From positions 1,984,001 to 2,048,000 of the forward strand of contig CM035357.1 in assembly GCA_020137815.1 (NCBI GenBank): 64,000 bases of DNA. Direction: 5' to 3'. The notes beneath the pieces are model-generated. The model had not been told where the DNA came from. It worked only from the letters and a program-made list of their open reading frames with translations, and ran no database searches. Below are positions 1-25,560 of this stretch, in pieces (position 1 is the stretch's first letter; every line of letters begins with the position of its first letter). The stretch is from Hormiphora californensis. Lineage: Eukaryota > Animalia > Ctenophora. A program made the position numbers and the translations under genes.

Positions 1-1065
1 TACCACATTGTGGTACAAAGATGTGGTTACCATGGTTACCACATTGTGGTACAAAGGGGAAGCTGTAAAAACCTCAGTAAAGGGAAGGCGTCAAACAATG
101 AGAGAAACCATGACAGTAACTACAGTGTTTGAGATCAAATTATGAATCTACCAGAGCGCTCTCGACCACACTGACCATTTACTTCTCTCTTTCATTCTTC
201 TCTCTATCTTTTTTAGTTTCTCTTTTTTTGTAAAGAACGTCACTCTCAAGTCTCACTTGTTATGTTCTAACTCTCCTTTACAATTTTGGGACGCGGTGAT
301 TATTGATCTACCAAAATACAATTTTATAACATAAAGTGACGGTGAGCCACACAAGGTGATTAGTGATAGAGGATCGAGAGCAAGGCAACTTTCTCACTGA
401 ATCTAAGAAAAAGAAGAAAAAGGGCCATGTAAAGATGACACAGATCAAAAAGATATGACCGACTGAAAATGTGTAACACCGTTACAACATTACTTTTGTT
501 GGGGGTCTACTACAGTTAACAAGCTCTGATTTCTCTCACCATCCATTTTCCTTCTCTCCTGCTGCTGTCTCTTTCTCTATCTCTCGCACTCTCTCTATCT
601 TTATCGCTCTCTTCTACTGGTAACAAAGTAATATACTTGGCGGTATCACAAAGACATGAACTACCAGTTACCACCATTAGACAAGCATATCATGATCATC
701 GATATCGGTTAGATTATCGGTATCTACCGGTCCGATACATATCCAATGCTAGTGTGTGGACCATTGCAATCCAAATTAGAGCTCTACCGTAAGTGACACA
801 GGAGTTTAGTTTTGTCATTATATACGGTTCAATACATATCGGTAGAATATAATGATCTATATCAGACGGTGTCTCACAAGGGACTGATCTCTCCGAACCA
901 GATGGGGAATAGGAAGGAATAGTGAACGGACTAACGGACGGCCACAATTCCAGCCATAAACAATCGCAATATATAATACCATATTGTATGAGGGAAATTA
1001 TTACAGATTACTAACTAAATAGTAATACACGACAAGCATAGACTAGACTTAGGATTTCCAGGTGA

Positions 1066-1071
<6 letters not shown>

Positions 1072-1123
<52 letters not shown>

Positions 1124-1138
1124 GAGATAGAGAGAGAT

Positions 1139-1201
<63 letters not shown>

Positions 1202-1216
1202 GAGATAGAGAGAGAT

Positions 1217-1285
<69 letters not shown>

Positions 1286-1310
1286 AAGAGAGAGAGAGAG
1301 AGAGAGAGAG
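1072..1310. repeat. (GA)n microsatellite
   Basis: Long GA run with two repeated AAAGCGAGAGATAG interruptions. Confidence 0.95.
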
Positions 1311-2007
1311 GAGAGGGGGGGAGAAAGAGAGAAAGTAAGATATAAAGATAGAGCGAATGGTACAGTTTAAAACCAACTGCTACTTTATACGCATTGTTAT
1401 CTCTGTGTGTGCACGAGCGGAGAGGTACTTGAGAGAGTGACAATGGAGAAGGGAAGTGTGAAAATCTGTAAAACAGGAGCCTGGGAATTGGTCAAGTATC
1501 AAACTTTGATTCAAAGGGAGAGAGAGCAGGGAAGGAGCAGGGGGGGGGGGGGAGAGCATGGAGGAGAGAGCAGGGGAGAGCATGGGGACAATCTATCTAT
1601 GTGAGCATTTATTAAACATGGCCTAACTAATAGTTAACTAGGCTGGTAGTACTTACATGTTGGGTGACGTAGTAAAACCGAATTGCTCATCATCTCATGT
1701 TGTTTGTTGCACCTTCACTCCACTATCCATTGTACTTTGCTCATGCTTCACATTATATTTTGGTCGTATCGCGTTGATCTACCGTACCCATGACGGTCTG
1801 AGCCGCACAAATACCACATCCTCCAACTGCCATCTTCCATGTTTGAGATTTAGCTATAACATAGGCATGTTAGGAATTTTAAGTAACAGTACAATAAATG
1901 GGGATAGGGGTTGAGAATTTGGAACTTATCTACCAATTAAAACATCCAAGTTTCAAATAAAATTAAACTGAAAAACAACTTAAAAACATTAAAATAGGAC
2001 AATCATT

Positions 2008-14582
<12,575 letters not shown>

Positions 14583-15954
14583 TTTGAGAGTTGTTGAGGG
14601 ACGAAAACTATATAACAGAGAGGTGGGTGATTAGGGGGGTTGGGAGTTTCTAGGAATTTGGTACGACAAGATCAAAATCTAAAAGCATAGCCCCACCCTT
14701 CTTTATAGTTTACCCAATTTAGCTTCAATATTCAAACAGTTTCCTCTCCTACAAGCATTTTTCGCATTCCCTTCCCGTCTTTTAAATAGTTTGGCGAGAA
14801 TTGTGCGTGGTTTGACAGTCACCCCTCCCTCCGACCAGTCTATTACGCGTTTACTTCCCAACCCCCGCCTTCTTTAAATAGATCAGCAAATCGTGGTGTG
14901 ACAACTTGACCCCTCCCTCCGATTGCAACGCCTATTCACCTAATATGATGTGATGATCGTTGCAGAAAAGTCACCACCCCACGTTGCATTCACTACCTAA
15001 ACTTATACCATTTGTAAGAGGGTTGATTTTAGTAAGATGAAGTAACTAACAACCAACTCAAACGGTTGTGGAGATGAAAACACGTGGATTTGTAAGTTTA
15101 TAAATAAAATAAAAGTGTATCATAGGTTAGGAGAGATTAACAGGGGACACCATCATCATTTCAACATATTACAACCTCTCACTTTTATCTATTTTAGGTC
15201 ACGTTACTTCCTTTCTTTCTCGTTATTAGGTGGGACAAGAATCAGCCTATAAACACACAAATACAGGTTATATCGTTTTGTTTTTATCTTTTTTTAAATA
15301 TTTATCATTTTTACCCAATTGCTTAAACTCTAATTTCCGCGAAAAAAGGTCTGGCACGTTCTCAAAATTAGATGTGTTTAGAGGAGAGGAAGCTGTCAAA
15401 TTAATATTCTAACTGTTAAAAACAACCTGAAATTCCCAGTATCACATTAACACACCATCTCTACATAACAACACACAACAATCAGCACGTTATAATTTAG
15501 ATGTGTCTCGACTACCTCCTAACTCAAAATATCTCCCAAATGTGCATTCCAACACGTATATTAGATCTCCCAATGCGGCTCACACATTATATCAAGGTTT
15601 TACTAACTTCCCCTAGCTAGGTCTTTCTGGTTAATGGTGAACGTTGCTACGCTTTAGTAGAAAGTAATACTTGGATATTGTAAATGGAGCTGCTCTCCAC
15701 TGGACAGAAAAAGAGGGATATATAATATTTAGTAATTAATATAAATCCCTATATATCACACCCCTTAAAAACAAGAGAACCGTGCGCTCATTACCCCCTC
15801 CACATTATTAGACGCTTACTGCTTACAGACCTTATAAAAGACTTTCAAAAAGGTTAATTTTTCAGTTATCCCTCCATCTCTTTCCACCTCATCCGCCTCA
15901 CATCGTCTGCATCCCTCACATAATCCCTCAACCTCTCTCAGGGCTCTCTCCACC

Positions 15955-18900
15955 TCACATAGTGAGTTGAAAGTAGTCGATCTGATCATCATCCTCCTCA
16001 TCGTACCAATCATCCCCGTCTCCTCCCTCCTCCTTCCCATCCTTCTTCTCCACACTCTTGCTACTGCTCTCGCTGGTCGTCCGGTGAGATGCCCCCATCT
16101 TCTCCAACGCATACTGAATGCTCTTCACCCGTCGACATCCCTTTAGTCTCCTTCAACACTTTTTGGATTTCAGCCGTGTTCACAGTTGTAGTAGACCCCT
16201 CTTCACCTCCACCTCTTTCAGCAGCGGCGCCATCCCTCCAGCCACCTTTTGATGTGGATGGTGGACTCTCCACAGGCGGTTTGATCGGCCGCCATTGTTC
16301 TCGTGTCCGAGAGGAGGGAATGGCCCGTTCTTGGCGGTTAGCCAAGTTCTGAGACAGGACAACCTCTACACTCCCCCTGCTGATATCCGTCGTTTTGATG
16401 GTGCTGTTGTGCTTCACTGAACTGGTGACTAAGTCACTTAGATCGTTCAAGTTAAATCCACCCTTAGATTTTCCTGATGGTGCAGGCTTCTTAACTTCTG
16501 CTGCAATAGGGTCTGGTTTGACTGGCTCGGGTTTTGGAGGGACTATTGGCTCCTCTTTTGGGGGGCTCGGCGGTGGGAGAGGAGGTAGTGGTGGGGTACT
16601 ATCACTTTCCTTCCTTCCCCCCTTTTGCCAATAATTCTGCTTCATTTTGATCGGTGTCTCAGGCTCACAGATCGGTGATTTAATATCAAGCTCATCGTGC
16701 GTTGGCATTTGGGGTGTTGCATTACCACTGGGTGTTGGCAACCGGATAATCCCCGGGGTGTTCCGTGGTGCTGCCGGCTTTTCAGGGGCTGGTGGATGTG
16801 GGACACTTTGGATGGGGGTCTCCGATCTTGTTTGTGGAGGTGGTGGTGTCGGATCACCGCCGCCCCGAGGTGTCGGATCACCGCCCCTTGGTGTCGGATC
16901 ACCCCCGCCTCGAGGTGTTGGAGGTTTTTCCACCTGTTGTGGGGGTTGTTCTACCAACTGCTGGGGTGGTGGCAACATTTGGGGGAGAGGGGAAACAGCG
17001 TTCGGGGGATAATGTTGTTGCATTTGGGGAATAGGAGAAGCAGTATTTTGGGGATGCTGCTGGTGCATTTGGGGAATAGGGGAAGCAGTATTTCCTGGAT
17101 GGTGCATTTGGGGGATAGGGGAAACAGTGTTCCCTGGATGGTGCATTTGGGGGTTGGGGTAGAGCTGCTGGTGTGGGGGTAACATCCCATCTTGTGATGT
17201 CGGGAGAGGCGGTATTTGTCCTTGCATAGCGGTGGACATAACGTGTTGTTGTCCCATCATATGAGCATGCATCTGGTCAGGATGCGGTGGACCTGGCATT
17301 TGCCCAGGATGCTGTTGACCTGGTAACTGTCCAGGATGCTGTTGCCCTGGTAACTGTCCAGGAAGTGCCATCTGGAAGTGTTGCTGCGGGGGAGGAATAC
17401 CATGTGGTTGTGGTACACCCTGCTGTTGAAGCATCATATGCTGTTGGGCTAACATCTGTTGTTGCATCATAACTTGCTGTTGCACCATCATTTGTTGTTG
17501 TACCAACATCTGCTGTTGATTGGGTCCCATCATCCCTCCTGCCCCCGGCATCATCTGGGCCGGGAATCCTCCAGGATGGGGTGCGGCCCCCTGGGGAGGG
17601 GGTGTCACACCCATCGCCATCATCATGGGGTGCTGGGGTGGTATCTGGGGTGGGGGTTGAGGGGAACCAGATTGATGGTGACCAGGGTGATGCATCATTA
17701 TTGGGTGGAATGGTCCACCTCCACCTCCTGGTATCCCTCCCATCCTCCCACCACCTCCTCCTCCCTGCTGATGGTGAAGGGTATCAGGACTTGCACGTGC
17801 GAGCACCATCTGCTGCATCATTGCCAGCATTTCAGGGTTGGTAGCTGCTCCCGGGAAGGCAGCCGGGTTAGCTGCCATCATGTTTCGCATCATGTGGAAT
17901 TGTTGCTCTTGTTGATCCACCATATGATTGTATTGCGGGTGGTGATGGGGGTCCATTCCATCATCCATCATCCGTGGTGGACCATGATGGTGTTGAAAAT
18001 ACTGGCCACCATGACTCCGGGGGCTTCCCATGGGCGACTCGTAGTGGGACCGCCGGGGAGAGTGAGGCGGGGTGGAGTGGAGGCCGTGCATTGTGGATTG
18101 TAGCGGAGATCCACAGGAACTGCCCTCAGATTGACGGGAACTTCGGTGCGGGCTGAGGGGGATGGGAAGTGTTAGAAAGATCGGGGGATAGATAGTGTTA
18201 GAAAGATTGGGAGATGGGAAGTGTTAGAAAGTTATGGGGGAAGTAGGGTGTTAGAAAGTTATGGGGGAAGTAGGGTGTTAGAAAGATGTGGGGGAAGTAG
18301 GGTGTTAGAAAGATTGGGGGATGGGGAGTGTTAGAAAGATTGGGGGAGGGGGAGTGTTAGAAAGATGTTGGGATGGGGAGTGTTAGAAAGATGTGGGGGA
18401 TGGGGAGTGTTAGAAAGATTGGGGAGGGGGAGTGTTAGAAAGATGGGGGGGATGGGGAGTGTTAGAAAGATGTGGGGGATGGGAAGTGTTAGAAAGATTT
18501 GGGGAAGTAGGGTGTTAGAAAGAAGTAGTAAAAAGAAATAAGGGGGAGACGAATGACGTTGCAGTGGTATAAAGACAGGGGTGAGACTGAGCAGTGAGGG
18601 CAGGTGTTGTTTAAAAGTCGTGAGAGAAACATATTTTTAGATTTTATGTGGCAAAGGGTCCGACGTCCGTGATTAAAAACGAAACAGGTGCTGAATTTTA
18701 AAAAGGACAGGTAGTGTAGATTTTAATGAAGAAAAAATGAGAATGCCACAGCATGGGATAAAAGGTTGATGTATATGTAATATATTTGATTCAAAAGATA
18801 AAATAGAGTTTGAAAAGCAAAAGAGGGCGAAAGTAACTACGATCTATCATCACATGCCTGTGACGTAATAGATCACATTATCTACCTATGAAGTATGACG

Positions 18901-20142
18901 TCATCAAATGATTTACCTGTGAGGCGGGTAATATTGATCCTGATGGAGGGGCGACTGGGATCGATCATGATAGAACGCTCCCGGGGGCACAGGAGGTGGA
19001 TATCCCATTCTGTGGTGAGACGGTGACATCATATGGGATGGTGGATGTCCACGAACAGGACTACGATAACTGTATCCACCGCGGGACCGCTCTTTTCGAT
19101 ATCCACCCCGTCCACCACTGTAGCTCCTCGTATCACGTTTGTCACGTTTCGTCGATCTACAAAGAAGGGAGATGAGAGAGAGAGATATATTAATATAACA
19201 GTTGGACCCCAATTTAGCTAGCTAGATGTAGAAGTTAGTATCCTGGTAGAGTGCTCGATCCGGGGATGCGGAGAGCTTAACTATTGAGACAAGTGAAAAC
19301 AAGTTTTTTACACAATCAACAAATGTTTCACGCGAATGCGATCGTCAGGATTAAAAATGTAAACTTGTTTACTCGTTAACAGTCCTCTGCTCCTTCATAA
19401 AGTTGGATGTTTCATGAGTTTAACGGCTAGATACTTCCTCTTGTGCGGACAAGAGGAAGTATCTAGCCGTTAAACTCATGAAACATCCAACTTTATGAAG
19501 GAGCAGAGGACTGTTAACGAGTAAACAAGTTTACATTTTTAATCCTGACGATCGCATTCGCGTGAAACATTTGTTGATTGTGTAAAAAACTTGTTTTCAC
19601 TTGTCTCAATAGACCCCAATTTAGCAAAATGTTCAGGAGAAAAAACCCCCTCCCCCTCACAAATTCCCCCCTCTACCTCTTAGTGGTGCGGTGTCTGTCC
19701 GGTGTGCCAGTGCTCGATTTCTCCGAACTACTCTCCACACTATCCACACTATCATTCAGCGCCTGCGAGAAGATCTCCGCTCTTTTTTCAGCAGCCCGCT
19801 GATCAGCCGCCACTTCAGACTCAGCTACACCCCTGGGAGTAATGAAATTACCCCTCCGCAAAAGATCACCTATTATATGCAATATAATAACAGGGGTGAC
19901 TTCGTAACCAACCTGGGAGGCTCTAGTGGGACCCTTGGAGGGGACGGAGGGGATGGCTGTTCTTGTTCCGGCTGTGTTGTTGGTGGTGGTGGGGTAGGTT
20001 TCCCTTTACCCTCATCCTCACTGACAGTGGGTGTCGATGCACGGGAAGCCTCACTGCCACTACCACTGCCCCCTGTCCCAGTCCCGAGATGCTTGGTCAG
20101 GGATTTTTTAAAGAAGAGATTGTTATTTGGTTGTCTCGGCAT
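15955..20142 (-). CDS. Large Pro/Gln/His/Met-rich low-complexity protein, function unknown
   Basis: Exons 20142-19913, 19832-19677, 19156-18917 and 18152-16061, all with phase-2 GT-AG junctions. A probable 1-nt insertion at ~16129 would extend the frame to ...DDWYDEEDDDQIDYFQLTM* at 15955. Confidence 0.75.
18165..18522. repeat. 20-21-bp intronic minisatellite (gggagtgttagaaagatgtgggggat-like)
   Basis: About 17 copies of the core gtgttagaaag with G-rich spacers. Confidence 0.9.
19281..19612. mobile_element. Perfect 332-bp palindrome (foldback MITE)
   Basis: 164-bp arms (19281-19444 / 19449-19612) with a 4-nt GCGG centre. Confidence 0.9.
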
Positions 20143-20255
20143 CTATCATTCTGAAAATATAAACACGGTGTTATTTGGTTGTCTCGGCATCTATCATTCT
20201 GAAAATATAAACACGGTGTTATTTGGTTGTCTCGGCATCTATCATTCTGAAAATA
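20121..20255. repeat. 48-bp tandem triplication containing a splice acceptor and start codon
   Basis: Unit (- strand) ttttcagAATGATAGATGCCGAGACAACCAAATAACA; ATGs at 20142, 20190 and 20238. Confidence 0.9.
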
Positions 20256-21170
20256 GCACGGTGTTAGTCGAGATACGTGAGCAGAGAGAGGGAGAATGAG
20301 TGTATCAGTGTATGAGGGTGTTGGTAATTTAGTGTTAGTCTTTGGTTGTGTCCTCTCCGTGCTAAAATTTGTCACTCTCCGTACACACCATGTATCCTGG
20401 CCATTTATTAGTCACGGTTTGACAGATGTTAAACTTCACAAAACACGGTGTTAGTTACACTTGTTTAGATTTGGATACCACACTCCAAGCAGCATGAACA
20501 AGGTATCATGTTACATACACCACATGTCTACTCAGTTGTTACAGACACTTGTGTTTGGTGACGTTATAAGATGGAAAGTTTGGAACTTAATATGCACAGC
20601 GGTCAAGTACTTACCTGGGATTTCCACGTAGTGCAAAACGCATGCAAGTACCACCTGGATACAGGGGGACGTTGTAGAAATTGATTTTAGAATGAACAAA
20701 TAACACAACCAACAAGCAAATGAAATAATCGTATAGTATAACAATTTTCTTGACTGATGTTGTTAAAAACATGGCAACAGACACTCAAATGAACTTACTG
20801 TGGGTCTAAGGACACCGGGGGTTGGACACAGTTGCTAGTTATCAATTCATAGCTAGGATGTATGGCGTGTTAAAGTGGTATTACCTCACCTTGCAACACT
20901 GGTGTGTGGCACACACAAATCAAAATTTTCTTGAAAAAAGTCGAATAATGTTTAATTGACATATACAGGCCCCCATGCAGTACGGGACAATGCAGCGTGG
21001 GCCGCGATAGCCAAGCGCTTTTCAAGGATTTAAAAAAAAGTTTCAAAAAAGTTTTTTTTCTGAATTTAATTCAGTGAATTCGTCCTTGGTTTCTTAACCT
21101 TTCATTCAAACTATGCTTCTGATCTTCGGTCTCCACTCTTCAGGTCACCAGTTCTGACTTCTGAGTTCGG

Positions 21171-22003
21171 CAGGGGCGGTGTTCATTCACGAAAAAAAAG
21201 GTCCAGCGCTGCAAAAAATGGATTTCAAGCGACTTGAGCTGCACGTTTTTCCCGTTCGGAGGGCACTCAGCCGCGACGAGCGTCAGCACAGGGGCGGCTC
21301 TGGCCGGGTGTCCAGGTGGCCATGGCCACCCTGGACGAATTTAAGTGCACGGGGGAACATTTCATTTAAAGAAAATAAAAGAAATTCTATTCAGAAAACT
21401 AGGAACTTAGAAACCGAAATCTTTGTTTTTGACCTGCGTCACATGTTTTTACAGATCTCGCGCGTTACATACATGGTGCTGGGTGGCGAGGACACCCTAC
21501 TTCAGCTATCTTGTGTGTAAACCATGTGAAGTCGCGCGCAGCTCTGGTAAGGATTTTACACGCATTTTCAGAGGCCAGGGTGGCCAGGACACCCTAGATT
21601 TCGATTCAACATAACTTCGCCAAAACTTAATATTTTTCGATGCGGTTTTTTCCTGCTTTCTTCTTTATCAAATCTTCACACATTAAACACAGAAAATACT
21701 CGATCAGCTTCATGGGACAGTTTGATAATTGCGTTTTAGGGTCTAAAACTGTCTCAAATTGACAAAATTGCCCTCAAAAACCCCAAATTTTCCAGGGGGC
21801 TTCGCCCCCTTGACCCCCACCGGGGCTTGCAGCCCCTGGACCCCGGAGGTCGCGAGCCGCCCCTGTGTCAGCACTAACCGGCGCAGCTCATTTTTTACTT
21901 TTTTGTTTGTTTTTGACGATTTTTTCACTTTTTGGCAAGTTTTTCCACTTTCGTCCAAAAAGTGGGTCCTGGATCCACTGGACCCAGCCTAGCTTCGCTC
22001 CTG
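21171..22003. mobile_element. hAT-type non-autonomous element (outer)
   Basis: Termini CAGGGGCG / CGCTCCTG; perfect 8-bp TSD GAGTTCGG at 21163-21170 and 22004-22011. Confidence 0.85.
21289..21865. mobile_element. hAT-type MITE nested in 21171-22003
   Basis: TIR CAGGGGCGGCTC / GAGCCGCCCCTG; 8-bp TSD cGTCAGCA / tGTCAGCA. Confidence 0.85.
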
Positions 22004-22124
22004 GAGTTCGGTGTGAGCCAAAAAAATTTTAAAAAATAAAACGGGAATATAACAATAAGGGAGCACAATAAATTATAATAAATTACCCACACACCGTCAT
22101 ACTTCTCATACTCCCTCTCTCTGC

Positions 22125-25100
22125 TCACTTGTCTCGAAAGTCTACATCTTCCACACTGACTGGGACAACCCTTCTCTTGGTTCCCCGAAGCGCAACAAGA
22201 GTTGATCTTAACAAACTGAATCGTGTCTTTTCTCGGATGAAGGACATGGTTTCAGCGTAACTCTCCTTGTGCCTGTCACAGATCTTCCTGGCCGCTCGCT
22301 CCAAAACCTTCCCTACTTCTCCGGCAAAACCTCCCGACGTGGAGAATACGAGGGGCGTGAAGGAACCCTGCTCCACTTCTTGCACCCTTCGCATATAGGC
22401 AAGTTTCTTCTGATTTTGGTGCTGTTTATACAGGTTCGTGATGGGCATCTTCAGGTAGGATGGGGCATTAGGATGGAAAACCCGTACATCCATGAAACTG
22501 GTCTGCATGTCAGACCATAAGCCACGACAGACTATGTCCATTCGTGCTTCAGCTTTGATATTTGCACTGATTGGCAGGTTGAATCCGTCACAGGGCAACA
22601 TTGGCTGTTCAGTGTTAACGGGTTTAAATCCCGCATACCGAAGGATATCGGCTAAGGTATCCCGAAGGTGGTCATGTCTCCACATATCAAAGCCTCCAAG
22701 CTTGCAGATCAAGGCGTGGTCACTGGTGTTTTGTGCCCCACAGCCGCATTTCCCTATCAGGTCCGGGAAGTGGAAGCCGTATCTGAGCCGAATGGCATCG
22801 ACAAACTCAACCTGGTTGAGCTCATGGCCCAGTTTCTGCAGCGGTCGAGCAGTTAGCCAACTAGAAGCACCGGGTTCGGAGCACAGCTCCATCGCACGCT
22901 GTGTCTTCATATCAAGTACTGCAAAGATATCTGCACGTTCCGTTGCATGCCTCTCATCAGTGGCGTCGGCACACTTCTTCTTCAACTTTCCGCTTTTCAT
23001 CTCGGCATCCATGATGTTATTTGGACAGTCCTCTTCCGCCAGGATAAGAGACACTAGTGGTCCGGTAGCAAAACGGGAATTATTGTATTCTTGATTAGCC
23101 GTTTGTACCGGATTTTCCAATGCCATACCTCCCATCTTGACGGGGAGTGCTAGGATCCTCCTCTCAATGTCCGAGATATGCTTTCCCACAAATAGGGGTA
23201 TCAGCTTGTGCCTCAGGATGTCTTCCATAGGTTGGAACAAGTGCCCTATATCAGGTAGTGTTCGCTACAGGTACGACCACTTCATTTTCAAACTGCGGAC
23301 ATAGTTCGAATATGCAAGGTGGGGGTGAGTTTTCGCAACAGTAACCAGGTTTTCAAGGCAGCTCACCCATTCGGAAACTTTGTTCGTAACAAATGTTGTC
23401 TTGAATTCAGTCGATCCGATTGCTGCACCGAGGTGTCTGGCACCAGCAGTTGTAATCTGTACACCGGTCTCACCGAATAACTCCTGTGCCTTCTCCAGGT
23501 GGTGCTCCTTTGCGATCAGGACACATTTATCGGGGTTGATATGGTACCCGAATGCTGGACCGTGTGTTGTGATGATTTCGTACCACTCATGTAGTCCCGA
23601 GATGGTTCCTGCAGCATTTCCGTCGTCAGCGTACCATACCTGCAGTACATCTTCGAGATCAGCCAGACTAATCAGGGGGAGAATGCCGATACTGTACATT
23701 GCCATTGCAGATGGACAGCCCTGCGTGGCACCCTCTTCGCTCATCAACACTTGGTTTCCGACGTACAATGGTGATGGTGCCCCGTATAGATTGTTGAACA
23801 GTTGTGCAAGTATGGGACAAAGTCTGTCAACACTATGCAGCGCAAGTCCTCTGTTCAGCCGATTGAAGGCGTTACTTGCATCTAACAGAAGAGCACCCTC
23901 ACAATCAACCTCCTCAAACCGATCGGATAGTGAATGAATGGCTGCCTCACAGCCGCCAGACTGCCCTGCTGCCAACTGTACACAGTTTGCAGCAACTTTA
24001 ATCGCTACACGCTGGGAGAAGATAATAGCTTTGACGACTATTCTCCTGAACACTTCTCCAATACCGATTGGCCGAGTACCACCATCTGTCTTCTCCAGTG
24101 GAATCAGGCGAGACGAGCAGAATATTGCAAGAAAGTCACCATGAACTTCGGTAGTTGCAAGTTTCTGGGCAACCAAACTCAAGGCATCACACAGCGCCGT
24201 AGACGATTGTTTGAATTTCTTTGCACATAGGATTCTGCTCACCCCGGAGGCGTCAAAACCACTGGGACCACCTGAACCTTTGATATTTAAACCACATTTG
24301 TAGATGCTCTCACCGGTTATGCCCTGAAATGTGACTGGCTGGTGGTCGGCAGGTGGGTCACTGTGTACATATTTGCTGCTGATAGGTGAAGCGGGTGGAT
24401 GCTTCTTTTCAAGGTCCAGGAGTACCTCGTCAGTGCAGCTTTTGACTCCACATGTGTGTCTGGAAGAGTCAAGCCATCCCGTGGCTTCACTGGTCTGTCC
24501 GTTTCTCATTAGATCGACGAACCGTTTGTTACACCGCTCCTCACTGGGGGATTGGTAGTTCAGGGGTTTCTGGATTGCAGCAGCTTCACGGAATAACTGA
24601 TCAAATTTCCCACTTTTCCATAGCTCAAGTCTCCGCTCCAACAGGTTTTTGTGTCCACCAACCTTGGACTTTTTGCTCGGTTTCTGCAGGAGAAGTGCAG
24701 GAGCTAGCACTAGGGCTGATAATGCATAAGACTCCGCAGCAGTGGATGTCGCGAAAAGGTTTGCCAGCCTAGTGAGTTCATCGATGAAACCTCTGCCAAC
24801 TGCTCCAAATGGAACCTCAAACAAGTTGGGAGCCCAGGTGCTGATTAGTGGTGCAAGAGCCTGTAGCTTCACGAATACCTCCTCTGCATTCAAATCTCCC
24901 CAACAATTCACCTGAGATAGCTGCGGTCTCGGTGGTGGGCACTGATTTACATCCGAGCAAGCTAAACAGAGGGTTGGTGAGTAATCTGGGATTGGAGATA
25001 ACTCGTTTGTGGGTGGTTGTGCTGGTGTGACACACTGTGGGTGGATGAGATTGCTACATGCAGTGCAACTAACGAACTCGACAAAGTATATCTTCTCACT

Positions 25101-25214
25101 GCACTCACAGCACACGGCATCAATTGACAGAGCATTTCTGATATTTCTAATGCACTCATCAGTCGAATCGTTATCAATATCAATATCAACAACAATATTT
25201 ATAACAGAGTCCAT
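22125..25214 (-). mobile_element. CRE/SLACS-type non-LTR retrotransposon ORF (PHD-like finger + RT + restriction-like endonuclease), one premature stop
   Basis: RT motifs RPIGIGE, LLLDASNAFN, GATQGCP and WYADD; CCHC knuckle CGCG..DHALIC; RHD and ARMDI..FMDVRV RLE motifs. The two ORFs are in frame, separated only by TAG at 23265-23267 (WSYL*RTLP). Confidence 0.9.
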
Positions 25215-25560
25215 ATAGATTAAAAATATATATGACCCTACCCGCTCTTACACTTACATACATATAAAAATATATATATGCTGCTAGGCTGAAAGGCCAA
25301 AAGGCCCCAGCAGTTACCTAAAGCGGGCTAACTATCTAAAGTGACAGAGTTTATAGAGGATACTATTCTACTTGAATTATATTGTTTCTAATATAGTACT
25401 TTCCGTCTGGATCTTCGATGCGGAGCTTTTTTAGAGTGTTTATAAGGGCTTTACGCTCCCTAATTTGACTCGGGGTTAAGTCTGGTGACAAGTAAACGGC
25501 TGAGTAATGTTCCGAGTTCTTAAGCTGTCGTGACTTTTTCAGCAGCGCCATGACATTCTG
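25170..25560 (-). mobile_element. CR1/L2-like ORF1 C-terminal fragment followed by a structured non-coding segment
   Basis: VYLSPDLTPSQIRERKALINTLKKLR..KYYIRNN resembles the end of LINE ORF1p. It is followed by nested stems and a short (ATTGAT)-type repeat. Confidence 0.55.

Noticed and set aside
1011-1443. Long (SL)n/(ER)n ORFs here and at 13485-14196, 31741-32591, 35487-35780 and 47871-48448
   Set aside because: They are stop-free translations of GA/CT and CAAA microsatellites, not proteins.
714-1850. Possible exons of an unidentified minus-strand gene
   Set aside because: There are coding-like patches and splice-like sites, but I could not build a consistent frame or recognise a domain.
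23265-23267. Programmed stop-codon readthrough in the retrotransposon ORF
   Set aside because: A CAG-to-TAG mutation in one copy is the simpler explanation.
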